IMG/VR virus record: IMGVR_UViG_3300042934_000822
Coordinates: 16,909 to 80,908 of that record
Source of the DNA: a virus
Length of the DNA stretch: 64,000 bases
Direction: 5' to 3' (one strand)
The notes under the pieces are model-generated. The model made no database searches, had not been told where the DNA came from, and was given only the letters and a program-made list of their open reading frames with translations. The translations under genes and the position numbers were made by a program. This document shows, in pieces, positions 1 through 9,170 of the stretch; position 1 is the first letter of the stretch, and each line of letters begins with the position of its first letter.

Positions 1-637
1 GCACAAGCCCACCGGTCTGCAGCATGCCGGTGAGGGTAGGCGCCTTCGTTTCAGGCCCAGAGTTTTCGAAGGGTGACTGCCAATTCTGGGTGATCGAGAC
101 GCTGCTGTTTTCCACCAGCGGGCCATAAACGCCTGCGAACTCTGCTGTGTCAGCGATCCCGTTGGCATCGCACACGAAGATCCTGGCCAGCAGAACCTGG
201 GACAGACTGCCCCAGTCACTGCCCAGATCGTTGTTGAGCCCGCTCAAGCCCAGCGCGCCGCCGGCAGGGCCCTGGATGATGTTGGCTACCGATCCCTTGA
301 TCGTCTCCCCGTTCACCAGAGTGGCGACCTTGCCGCGCACCTCGCTATAGACGTCAGCCACCGTCGTCTTGCCCTTGAACAGGTCGACAACGGTGCCTGA
401 GACCTTCTGGCCAGCGCCCACGATGGCTTTGAGGTTTGCCTCTCCGCCTACCCGGGCAGCGGCAATGTCGGCGGCCGACTCGAGCGTCCCGGTAACCACG
501 CTGGTGCCGACCTTTCCAGAAACGTCAGCCAATGACCCTAGCATTTTGTTGGATGTGGCCCCCAGGTTGACCGGAATGACCCCCTTGATGGAGGCCCCCA
601 CGGTCTTGCCCAGAGCATCGACGCTAAAGTCGGTCAC
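1..637 (-). CDS. Virion morphogenesis protein, partial (runs off the window)
   Basis: Not in the ORF track. GTG at 637 lies directly after the upstream stop; the frame MTDFSVDALGK...SDWGSLSQVLLARIF...QNWQSPFENSGPETKAPTL stays open to the window edge, in the capsid/sheath operon. Confidence 0.65.
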   Translation of the reverse strand, partial: MTDFSVDALGKTVGASIKGVIPVNLGATSNKMLGSLADVSGKVGTSVVTGTLESAADIAAARVGGEANLKAIVGAGQKVSGTVVDLFKGKTTVADVYSEVRGKVATLVNGETIKGSVANIIQGPAGGALGLSGLNNDLGSDWGSLSQVLLARIFVCDANGIADTAEFAGVYGPLVENSSVSITQNWQSPFENSGPETKAPTLTGMLQTGGLV

Positions 638-640
638 TGG

Positions 641-1375
641 TTACTTCCCGATGGTTTTCAGGCGGATCCGCATCGACTTGGCACGCTTGCGCTTCGCGGT
701 ACCGGAGAAGGCTTTGCGCTGCATCTTGCGAACAGCGGCTTTCTGGCCGGCACTGAGGCGCACGGCGCCGCCGATGCGTTTCTTCACGCGAACTTTCTTG
801 CCGTCACGGATGGCCAGAACCTTGCGGTAGGTCGCGTCCAGCATCGAGTCATCGTCGCCATGCACGAACTTGTCGACCGCATCCAGCATGGCTTCCTCGC
901 CCTGGGGCATCTTGTCCAGGAGCACGTCATGGACGCGCGCAGCGACGTCGTTGTCGAAGTCCTCGAGCAGGGCGTCGATATCGCCCGAATCGACGCCCTG
1001 GCTCTCCAGGTAGTCGCCTACCAGGTTGGCCACGTCGTTGGCGTAGTCGGCCTCGTCGTCGGTCATGTCCTCGTCGCCCTCGCTGGCGGTACCGACGATC
1101 AGCGCGTAGAGCCGGTCGCCGTAGCCTTCCTCGGAGTCCAGGACGTCCGACTCCGACCACTCCTCGACGACAGCAGCCGCATCCACACGCATCTCATCGG
1201 TGAACACCGACTGGACGTCGTCGAGCATATGCTCGCCTTCACCGGTGCCCGTTCCGGCGCCGTTGGCGTTGTCCATCATGGCGCCGTTGCCCGGCTGAGT
1301 CGGGCTTTGCGGTGCGGCAAATGCAGCTTCCAGGGCGACGCTCGCGCCGATGATGCTGCTCACGTAATTATCCAT
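641..1375 (-). CDS. Putative prohead core/internal head protein (acidic body, highly basic C-terminal tail)
   Basis: D/E-rich body with several MLD motifs, ending in RDGKKVRVKKRIGG...KRKRAKSMRIR. Reminiscent of T4 gp68-like core proteins. Confidence 0.5.
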   Translation of the reverse strand: MDNYVSSIIGASVALEAAFAAPQSPTQPGNGAMMDNANGAGTGTGEGEHMLDDVQSVFTDEMRVDAAAVVEEWSESDVLDSEEGYGDRLYALIVGTASEGDEDMTDDEADYANDVANLVGDYLESQGVDSGDIDALLEDFDNDVAARVHDVLLDKMPQGEEAMLDAVDKFVHGDDDSMLDATYRKVLAIRDGKKVRVKKRIGGAVRLSAGQKAAVRKMQRKAFSGTAKRKRAKSMRIRLKTIGK

Positions 1376-1384
1376 GGCCCCCCC

Positions 1385-3022
1385 TTAGGGTTTTTCGATG
1401 GTCTGCGAAACGTTGGTGATGCGGTTGGTGCCGTCGTAGCAGATCGAGTACGACACATCCATTTTCTCGAACGGCTGCGACGAGTTCGGCTCGATAACAG
1501 CGACGAAGCACGCCCCGCCCAGCTCCGCGCTTGCACGCAGCCAGCCGGCCGACTGCAGCGACTCGAAGAACTTCTTGATGAACTTGCTCATGCCTTCGAT
1601 GGCTTCGGTCATCGGCTTCTGCAGCCAGCCCTGAGCCGCGGTCGTGACCACGTCGTCGACGTAGGTGGACATTTCAGCAACTGCGATCAGCTTGCTGGCG
1701 CCTTCGGTCTTCGCACCGGTGAGCGAGTCGATCCAGGCGTAAATGCCGCCGGTGCTGTAGTCACGGAAGATCACCGGGTTGATACGGGACTCTGCCAGCA
1801 CTTCCAAGTCGATCTCTTCGTCCAGGTCGAACACCTGCGAAATGTTCGTGCGAGCGACTGCCCAGCCGTCGCCGGCAACTGGACGATTGCGAGGCGCAAT
1901 GCCCTTGGCATTGGTCTGGGCGTTGCGGGCGCAGCGCAGGCCTGCCTGCATGCCCGAGGTACCGAAGATAGCCTTGCCCCCTACCACTGGGTTGTCGGCG
2001 CTCAAGGGCGCCCAGTACGCCTGGCTGTAGAGGCTATCGGTATCGCCGCCCACAGAGCCGTAGAACGCTGCAGCAGCCTCGGGCGACAGGTAACCAGGAA
2101 TATCCCACAGCACCTGACGGTTGATGGAGCTGCCCAGCTTCAGCAGACGCGAGATCAGGGCAACGTTCTCGGTACCGCCGCTGCAGAGATAGGAGTAGGT
2201 CTGCCGCGAACGCTTGAGGCGGTTGATGGCCTTGTCCATGTCACCGTTGGAGTAGACCTGCTCGCCTTCTTCGAAGTACTTGAGCAGCTTGCTCGAGAAC
2301 AGGTCTTTGTTGTCCTTGCGGCCGTAGAACACACAGTCGGCGCCTACGCTCGCGTTTTCTGCGACCGACACGACCTCGAGCACGTCAGTGTTCTGGGCGA
2401 TGACGTCGCCGATGTAGAAGCTTTTCTGGAATTCGTCCAGGGCAGTGACGTCCAGCGAGCCTTTGAAGGGCCCCAGGATCACGCGGTTGTCGATCACGTC
2501 GCGCAGCTGCACAGTGACGATCTTGCTCGGCGCCTTGGAGCCATCAGCGCTGGTTGCGGCATCGGCGTGGATCTCGGCGATGACGCCGTCGCTGAAACAC
2601 TCCAGGTGCTTGAGGGCGATCAGGTAGCCGCCGTTGAGGTCGGTATTCTGATCAGCGAGGGCCCAGACCTCGCCGGCGGCTTTGTCGTTGGCGGCGGTCG
2701 CCACCATCAGCTTGGTGACGGCGCCAGTACCGACCAGGCGGGACACTACGGCTTGAACAGTGCCGGCCTGCAGGGACTCGTAGATGTGCACGGCAGGTTC
2801 GGCCAGCTTGCTCACTGCGAGCGAAACGGCCTGGCCCAGCGTACGCTTGAAGCGACCCTGCCCAACGGCGAAGGCCTTGTCGATGCGCCCGCGCGGGAAT
2901 CGACCGACCAGGGCGATGTTATGGGCGGCCGTGCTGGTGCTGGGCTGCTCGGATTTGTCGCGGATGGTGTTGGTCTGGACGCCAGAGCGCTTGCCGACCG
3001 AACGGGAAATTACTTGGCTCAC
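1385..3022 (-). CDS. Contractile tail sheath protein (P1 gp22-like)
   Basis: 545 aa with sheath-like C-terminal motifs (LAESRINPV, IDSLT, final YDGTNR strand); located in the capsid operon as in P1. Confidence 0.75.
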   Translation of the reverse strand: MSQVISRSVGKRSGVQTNTIRDKSEQPSTSTAAHNIALVGRFPRGRIDKAFAVGQGRFKRTLGQAVSLAVSKLAEPAVHIYESLQAGTVQAVVSRLVGTGAVTKLMVATAANDKAAGEVWALADQNTDLNGGYLIALKHLECFSDGVIAEIHADAATSADGSKAPSKIVTVQLRDVIDNRVILGPFKGSLDVTALDEFQKSFYIGDVIAQNTDVLEVVSVAENASVGADCVFYGRKDNKDLFSSKLLKYFEEGEQVYSNGDMDKAINRLKRSRQTYSYLCSGGTENVALISRLLKLGSSINRQVLWDIPGYLSPEAAAAFYGSVGGDTDSLYSQAYWAPLSADNPVVGGKAIFGTSGMQAGLRCARNAQTNAKGIAPRNRPVAGDGWAVARTNISQVFDLDEEIDLEVLAESRINPVIFRDYSTGGIYAWIDSLTGAKTEGASKLIAVAEMSTYVDDVVTTAAQGWLQKPMTEAIEGMSKFIKKFFESLQSAGWLRASAELGGACFVAVIEPNSSQPFEKMDVSYSICYDGTNRITNVSQTIEKP

Positions 3023-3378
3023 TTGGCCTTCTCCTTGGTCGCCTTCGGAGCGGCGACGGGTGCTGGGGCCTGGACATTCGCCGTGCTTTCAACCTCGGAA
3101 GCAGTGACGGTGGCGTAGTCTTCGGCTGTGTTGTTAGTACGGCTGGCGTACTCGCTGAGATCGGTGACCAGGCACCAGGCCTGCTGGAAGCTCTTGAGCT
3201 TCACGCTGTGTGTTTCCCCGGGCTGCAGCGCAGCATTGATCCCGCTCGAGGGGACTACTACCGGCAGAACGTTTTTGTGCTCCAGGTCCACAAGGAAGGG
3301 GAAGTCGCGGTTGGCGACCAGCTTTTCCACCAGCGGGCGCGGGTCATCGCCGGACGTGTGATCAATCTTGATTTGCAT
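3019..3378 (-). CDS. Hypothetical virion protein; paralog of the C-terminal domain of the upstream gene
   Basis: Overlapping start/stop in the operon; RDFPFLVDL motif shared with 3362-4189. Confidence 0.6.
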   Translation of the reverse strand: MQIKIDHTSGDDPRPLVEKLVANRDFPFLVDLEHKNVLPVVVPSSGINAALQPGETHSVKLKSFQQAWCLVTDLSEYASRTNNTAEDYATVTASEVESTANVQAPAPVAAPKATKEKAK

Positions 3379-4189
3379 GGCCTACCTGTACACCTCGAAC
3401 GTTGTCCCACTGATCAAGCCGCGCGTGCCCGCGTAGCGTTTTCTCGAGCTTGAGGTACTGTTGCTCGGTCACCTCGATCTGAATCGAATCACCCGCCTCG
3501 ATCCTTTCGCCCCGCACCACGAAGCGACTTGCCGTGTGGTTGGTCAGGTCCAAAAGGGCTGGGAAGTCACGGATCTCGGGCATCGACCAGCCGCGTTCAC
3601 TGCCCAAAATTACAGGGGCAGCAGCAGCCTCTACTGGCGAGGTTTGCGTGGTTTCCGGACTGGCACCGGCCCGGCTTGCAGTAGGGGCTTTCGCGCCTTT
3701 GCGCGTTGACGCCTTCGCGCTTTCGCCCGTTGGCGCCTTTACGTCTTTGGCGGAAACGGTGCCAGTTGCCGCAGTTACGCCTTCGGTGTCGCCGGCAGGC
3801 GCTGCAGCAGCCACATCATCGGGGCCGTGACTGCCATCACCGGCAGCAGAGCCAGGCCCACTGCCGTCGAGAGAGCTGCCAGCAGCAGCAGCAGCAGCAT
3901 CAGCACCAACGCCATCCCGCTCAGGAACAGCGCCAGCACCAGCACCATTGCGGTCATCAGCGCCATTGGTATCAGAAGGGCCAGCAGCCTGGCTTTCAGC
4001 GTTCGTTTTTTCCGGTCCATGCTCGTCACCCGCGTCGGTGTCATCAGATTTATCGAGGACGCCAGTGGCCAGCTTGTCGCTGGCCTTCTCCTGGGCATTG
4101 GAAGATGACGCGTCGGCGCCATCTTTCCGTTGGCCAGCTGGCGCCGCCTTTCCAGCCTTGGCTTTCGCCGTGGTTGTCTTGGCAGCCAT
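3362..4189 (-). CDS. Hypothetical virion protein with a long Ala/Gly/Asp disordered N-terminus
   Basis: Immediately after the capsid gene with an RBS; about 200 aa of low complexity followed by a globular RDFPALLDL domain. Confidence 0.6.
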   Translation of the reverse strand: MAAKTTTAKAKAGKAAPAGQRKDGADASSSNAQEKASDKLATGVLDKSDDTDAGDEHGPEKTNAESQAAGPSDTNGADDRNGAGAGAVPERDGVGADAAAAAAGSSLDGSGPGSAAGDGSHGPDDVAAAAPAGDTEGVTAATGTVSAKDVKAPTGESAKASTRKGAKAPTASRAGASPETTQTSPVEAAAAPVILGSERGWSMPEIRDFPALLDLTNHTASRFVVRGERIEAGDSIQIEVTEQQYLKLEKTLRGHARLDQWDNVRGVQVGHANQD

Positions 4190-4198
4190 GTCGCCCCC

Positions 4199-5881
4199 TT
4201 AATCCACGGCGACGACGTTGCGGATGGTGATCAGTGCACAGCCCATGGCCGATGCCGTGTGCGGGTTGACCTCGGTCAGGTCGCGCTTGAACAGCGCGGC
4301 GCCACTCTTGAGGTCGGGATTTACCGCCAGCGGGATCAGGGTCAGCGGAACCGCGTCGGAGAGCACGATCGGGTTACGCGCCACCTGGGCGGAGCGACCA
4401 ACACAGAGGATCTCGATCTCGGTTTCGGTTTCCTCGACGACGTACGGGGTGTAGTAGACGTCGTATTTGCCTTTGTACTTGCCTACGCGCCAGATGCCGG
4501 CCTTCGCGGATACACCCGACGGCACGAAGTCGGTGGAATCCATCGACAGGAACTGCGCCATGCCGATCGCGCCTACGTACCAGATGTTCAGACCGAACTC
4601 CATGGTGTTGTTGGCAACTTCCTGGTCGACCGTAGCCGCGAACGAACCGAAGTCGCGCCATACGGCCGCCCGGGTTTTGCTGATCAGCTGCTTGCCGGCG
4701 TCGAAGTCATAAACCCGATGGGTGCGCTTGGCGATACGCTTGAGCTTGCGCAGCGATGCGACGTAGCGTTCGGTGGCCACCTGGTTACGCGCTGCCTGGA
4801 CAGCGATGGTCAAGCCATCAGCACCCAGTTCCGCTCGGGTCTGGGAGTTGCTGTCAGGGGTTACCTGCATGAGCACGCGACTCGGCGCGCAGTACAGGCT
4901 GTAGCTCACGGATTTGGTGTTGATGTGCGGCGCCAAGTCTGGCTTGCGCTCGAAGTCGACGAAGGCTTGGACTTCTGGCCAGACGCCGGCCGGCAGGGCC
5001 GGATTGAAATTCACGGTACCCTCACCAGTATCAACGTTGACTTGGCCCGTGATGGAGTAACCCTCATCTTGAGTGCGGGTGTAGTGCCCCGATAGTTGAC
5101 TGACCGAGGAGCCAGTGACGACCTCCTGGCCGACTGGCATGCCATCGACGAAGACCCGAGTGCGACCTTGCAGGATCGGAACTTGAGCGCCAGCACCACC
5201 GATCTGCGCCGTCACCTTGAAGGTACCGGTCTTGCGATCTTCGGCCATGACCAGATCGAGCATACGCTCGGAGCGGGTGTACTCCAGGCCACCACCAGTG
5301 CCATCCAGGATGCGGCCTTTGGTGTAGCCGCCGAAATCGGAGCCGGCAACCGCACTGATGATCGCCAGCTTCGATTCGTTGGAGTTCAGGTCCGAAGGCA
5401 GGTACGCGCCAAAAGGCATGGCCTCGGACAAGCCGCCGGTGATAGCTACCGCGATACGGTTGGCCTGATGGGACAACGGCGTGGACTGGTTGTTGGTGCT
5501 GATGCTGTCCAAGGTCATGCCGCCAGGCAGCACGTTGGTAGCCGTGCCGTCGGCGACATGCTCAGCCTGAGAAATCACTGCATCGATCAACGCCCCGTCA
5601 GGCATGTGGCCGTTGCGATGCTCATAGCGAGCGATGCCGTCCAGCAGGCTGTGCACGGCCCGCGCACGGTCTTTGTCGCCGTCGATCCGATCGAGCAGGC
5701 GAGCCATACGATCAGGCAGCAGCTTGTTGGCGTTGGCGACCGCTTCTTTGATGGTGCTGACAGCCGAACCGCTGATGCTGTCGAGCATGTTCCCGTCTTC
5801 ACGCGCTGCGCCCACCAGGGAGTCGATCCGGGCCTCGGTTTCTTCGAGACCGCGGCCGGGCGCGTAAATATGTCGTGGCAT
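4199..5881 (-). CDS. Major capsid protein (P1 gp23-like)
   Basis: 560 aa, first gene behind a strong late-promoter motif, with an N-terminal propeptide-like region carrying MLDS/TLDS. Size and position match P1 gp23. Confidence 0.75.
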   Translation of the reverse strand: MPRHIYAPGRGLEETEARIDSLVGAAREDGNMLDSISGSAVSTIKEAVANANKLLPDRMARLLDRIDGDKDRARAVHSLLDGIARYEHRNGHMPDGALIDAVISQAEHVADGTATNVLPGGMTLDSISTNNQSTPLSHQANRIAVAITGGLSEAMPFGAYLPSDLNSNESKLAIISAVAGSDFGGYTKGRILDGTGGGLEYTRSERMLDLVMAEDRKTGTFKVTAQIGGAGAQVPILQGRTRVFVDGMPVGQEVVTGSSVSQLSGHYTRTQDEGYSITGQVNVDTGEGTVNFNPALPAGVWPEVQAFVDFERKPDLAPHINTKSVSYSLYCAPSRVLMQVTPDSNSQTRAELGADGLTIAVQAARNQVATERYVASLRKLKRIAKRTHRVYDFDAGKQLISKTRAAVWRDFGSFAATVDQEVANNTMEFGLNIWYVGAIGMAQFLSMDSTDFVPSGVSAKAGIWRVGKYKGKYDVYYTPYVVEETETEIEILCVGRSAQVARNPIVLSDAVPLTLIPLAVNPDLKSGAALFKRDLTEVNPHTASAMGCALITIRNVVAVD

Positions 5882-5939
5882 TCGTATTACCTCGTTGCTG
5901 AATAAAGGCGCCGCCCGCAGTGGTGGCGTTTCAGCAACG

Positions 5940-5981
5940 ATGGTAAAGACCCGAAAAGCCCCGATTTTCGGGGGGTTTGCG
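5940..5981 (-). promoter_or_regulatory. Putative late promoter of the capsid operon
   Basis: Minus strand CGCAAA-N30-TACCAT; the same spacing recurs before seven other structural or cargo operons. Confidence 0.65.
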
Positions 5982-5990
5982 CCGATTTTG

Positions 5991-8900
5991 CTATTTGCGT
6001 AGGACGATCAATCGCGCGTTGGCCGTGGTTTGCGCGAGCAGTGCGTTGTCGGTGAATGTACCGCCTTCCAGAGGTTCGACCTCGGCGCCGTGCTCCTCAA
6101 GCCATTCGCGGAAGGCGACTGCCTTCTGGTCCTTGCCGAAGAACACTCCTTCCCCTGCGATCGCCACCAACGTGCCGCCAGCTGCGAGCATGTCGAAGGC
6201 GTGCATGATGTGCGCGGCATCCCGCCGGTTGCTGAATGGCGGGTTCATCAGGATCGCCGGATATTTCTCGGTCGGGGTGAAGCCGTCGAAGTCGTGGTCG
6301 ACCACCGAATAGCCCTTGGCCGTGAGAATGTCGCGCAGCTGGCTGGAGATTTCGATGACGTCGACCTGGCCACCTTCCGACTTGGCCGCATCGGCCAGGT
6401 TTCCATTGCCGGCGCTGGGCTCGAGTACCCGTGTGCCGCTGCGGATGCCCGCCAGGCGCGCCATACGCTGGGCAACGTGCGCCGGGGTTGGGAAGAAGTC
6501 GATGCCCACCTTCTGCCCTACGATTGCCCGCTCAGCCTTTTTCACCGGGTCTTCCTCTGCCTTCTCCACCAGGAGAGGTATGAGAGCCTGCACTGCTGCC
6601 ACCAGGCCGGCAGTGTCCGTGACGCCCATGCGCGCCAGCCGATCGGCACGCGCAATTGAGTCCATGGGGTCGGCAAGATCCCACCCTTCCTTCACGGTCT
6701 TGAGTTCGGCGTAGCCCTTGCGGGTCAGAGCGATGGTTGTGGAGTCCAGGTTGAAGCGTTCAGGCCCGTTGCCCAGCTTGGCCAAGGCGGCGATCAAGCG
6801 GCTGTTACCCTTGGCGGCCTTCCTGGCAAGCGTGTCAGCGGCGCGGCTGTACCGGTTGCTCCACGACCAGGGCTGTGGGAAGGCCAAGAATCGGAGGTCG
6901 TTGTCTTCGAATGGCCGGCCGCGCCGCGCCGCGCGCCCCTGCCCTCCCAACTTCGCATCGGCATCCCACATGGCCAGGCGCATGAGTCGCTGCAGCTCCT
7001 CGAGCTGGGCGCGGCTCGACAGCTTCGCCAGTGGTCCAGCAGCACCGACCTCAATGGCATCGGCGACTCGGTTGAGGGTCTTGGCCACGGCCTTGCTGGT
7101 TTCGGCTTTCTCGATGGCGTACCCAGCTTCACGGGCCCGCTTGACGGTGTTGGTCTTCCGGCTGGCGCCCAGACTTGAGTCAGCATCACCGATGGCCTTG
7201 TTGGCCACCTGGCGCAGTTTCTCCACCTGGTTGGCCAGCGCCTGCTGGGCACGCTCGGCCGCCAGGCGCTCTGCAGTGGCCTGGGCCTCTGCCTGTTGCT
7301 CAGCACTCATCACCACCGGTGCCGGCGCGGCCTGGATGTGCTCGGTGTCACCGCCCAGGTGCTTCTCCCGGATGAAGTAGCCGCCGTTCATCTTCCAGGT
7401 GTAGGGGTCGATGGCCTTCGCCTCGGCCAGAGACAGGTCAGTGCGAATGATGCCGCGCAGGATCTTGTCCCGTCTGGTCTTGTACTCGATGATCTCCGGT
7501 GCAGGTGCAGGTGCAGGTGCAGGTGCAGGTGCCTCAGGCTGGTCCGTGTCCTGTACCAGGAACAAGTTGAGCACAAGCCGTTCGCCTGTGGAATCAAGGG
7601 TGACAGCGTCTGCGTCCTGTTCTACACTGGAATGGAGCCAATGCCCTGAATAGTAATCAGGGGCACATTGGCTCACTGAGGCGATGACTCCATCGGCCGG
7701 ACGCCCTGAATAGTGATCAGGGGAACTTCCAGTCGAATCGAGCATCGCCTTTTCTTTTGGCGGATCGATCAGCAGGTCGTAATACAGCCGCCCTTTGTCG
7801 TCTTGCTCGATGACCACCCGCACAGCTATAGACTCCCCCGCCAGCATCACCGTGCTGGACAGGTAGAAATAGGCGACGACCGAGCCCTTTTTCTCTGTCT
7901 TGTGATTCTCGCTGCGCTCTGCAACCTGCGCTGTAGAGATGATCTGCGGGATAGCGTGGAGCAGTTTCAGCTTCTTCGGATTGCCGCTGAACGCCAGGCT
8001 TTCCTTGATCCCGCGCTGGCGGATCTCAACCTTCTGGCCAAGCGCCGGGCAGTCGACCATCTGACCACGCAGACTTTCAAGGTGCGCTTTTACCGCCGCT
8101 CGCAGCTCTTTCTTCCCCTCAGGGGTATCAGGAAACTCCCCCAGTTCGAGCCCAGACACTGAAACTGGCTCAGCACCAGGTGCACGCTGGCGCCGCACTC
8201 GTTCGGACAGGTTCTCTTCAGCGTACTGGCGCAGGAACTCCAGATACTGTTCCCGGTGGTTGGCGATCCGGCCCACGGCCGCTTCAAACTCGCCAGCTCG
8301 AATTCCTGCCCAGCCCAAAAAGGCGGCGTTGCCATCCTCGAAAGCAGGTAAAGCCTCCTGGGTGTCCAGAAACGCCTGATAGATAGGATTGGCAGACACG
8401 CCTGCACCTGTTGTGCGCTCGAACTCCTCACGCTGTTCAGCCTCGCGCACATTGCGAATGCGCTCCGTCTCCACCGCCTCGGCTGCGGCACGTTCTGCAG
8501 CCTGCAGACGCTCACGCTCAGGCGCTGCAGCTCGTTCGGCAGCATCTACCTCATTCTGGGCTTTGCGGTCAGCGATTTGCTGCTGCTCCACCTGGTACGC
8601 CTGCACGTCGGCCGCACTGGCTTCCTCGCCGAAGACGGTGCGGAATTTCTCCGGCCCCCACTCCTGGGCCAAGATTCCCTTGAGGTCAACAAGGTCCACC
8701 GCTACCCCGGAGGCACTGCCCTGATAGCTTACAGAGACCCCGCCGCCCATCAGCCCGTGCTCGTAGATCACGGCGCCGCTTGCCAGGGTCTGGGCCCGCG
8801 TCGGCATGAATTCGGCAAGCCGGGCATTAGCCTTGGAGAAGAGGACGCCCTCGGGCATCTGTGTGACCTTGAGCCTGTCAAAGTTGGCTGCCGCGTAGGC

Positions 8901-9170
8901 CGCCATTGCCGCCGGGTTGCTGCCACTGACCAGCACCGCGCCGTTTTTCTGCACCTGTGTGCCTGTGGCCATTACAGCGGAGTCGACGTGCGGCGGCACA
9001 GCGCTGGCGCCCAGCAGCTGGCGCAGCTGCAGCGCTCTGGCGCTTGCCCGAGCCTGTTCCAAGGGGGAAAGCGTCCCCGACTGCAGCTGCTCACGCAGCC
9101 CCAGCAGTTCAGCGACCAGACGCATCTGCTCGATCGGCGCGAGGCTTGGGGGTTGGTTCGAATCAGTCAT
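5991..9170 (-). CDS. Polyvalent capsid-cargo protein: LPD3-like domain plus C-terminal N6-adenine DNA methyltransferase (DarB-like MTase)
   Basis: C-terminus has FFPTP, VLEPSAGNG (motif I) and MNPPF (motif IV). The middle region (~7765-8150) resembles LPD3/BECR (VEIRQRGIKE...KGRLYYD). Confidence 0.75.
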   Translation of the reverse strand: MTDSNQPPSLAPIEQMRLVAELLGLREQLQSGTLSPLEQARASARALQLRQLLGASAVPPHVDSAVMATGTQVQKNGAVLVSGSNPAAMAAYAAANFDRLKVTQMPEGVLFSKANARLAEFMPTRAQTLASGAVIYEHGLMGGGVSVSYQGSASGVAVDLVDLKGILAQEWGPEKFRTVFGEEASAADVQAYQVEQQQIADRKAQNEVDAAERAAAPERERLQAAERAAAEAVETERIRNVREAEQREEFERTTGAGVSANPIYQAFLDTQEALPAFEDGNAAFLGWAGIRAGEFEAAVGRIANHREQYLEFLRQYAEENLSERVRRQRAPGAEPVSVSGLELGEFPDTPEGKKELRAAVKAHLESLRGQMVDCPALGQKVEIRQRGIKESLAFSGNPKKLKLLHAIPQIISTAQVAERSENHKTEKKGSVVAYFYLSSTVMLAGESIAVRVVIEQDDKGRLYYDLLIDPPKEKAMLDSTGSSPDHYSGRPADGVIASVSQCAPDYYSGHWLHSSVEQDADAVTLDSTGERLVLNLFLVQDTDQPEAPAPAPAPAPAPEIIEYKTRRDKILRGIIRTDLSLAEAKAIDPYTWKMNGGYFIREKHLGGDTEHIQAAPAPVVMSAEQQAEAQATAERLAAERAQQALANQVEKLRQVANKAIGDADSSLGASRKTNTVKRAREAGYAIEKAETSKAVAKTLNRVADAIEVGAAGPLAKLSSRAQLEELQRLMRLAMWDADAKLGGQGRAARRGRPFEDNDLRFLAFPQPWSWSNRYSRAADTLARKAAKGNSRLIAALAKLGNGPERFNLDSTTIALTRKGYAELKTVKEGWDLADPMDSIARADRLARMGVTDTAGLVAAVQALIPLLVEKAEEDPVKKAERAIVGQKVGIDFFPTPAHVAQRMARLAGIRSGTRVLEPSAGNGNLADAAKSEGGQVDVIEISSQLRDILTAKGYSVVDHDFDGFTPTEKYPAILMNPPFSNRRDAAHIMHAFDMLAAGGTLVAIAGEGVFFGKDQKAVAFREWLEEHGAEVEPLEGGTFTDNALLAQTTANARLIVLRK
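7498..7533. repeat. Tandem GCAGGT hexamer (about 6 units) encoding an APAPAP linker
   Basis: ggtgcaggtgcaggtgcaggtgcaggtgcaggtgcc. Confidence 0.9.

Noticed and set aside
860-3118. 752-aa plus-strand ORF and many similar long plus-strand ORFs (e.g. 34061-36028, 35592-36947, 28256-29506)
   Set aside because: Antisense shadows of genuine minus-strand genes in high-GC DNA; no motifs or RBS, and composition typical of reverse frames.
7498-7533. GCAGGT repeat as a phase-variation switch
   Set aside because: The unit is 6 bp, so slippage keeps the frame and only changes the Ala-Pro linker length.
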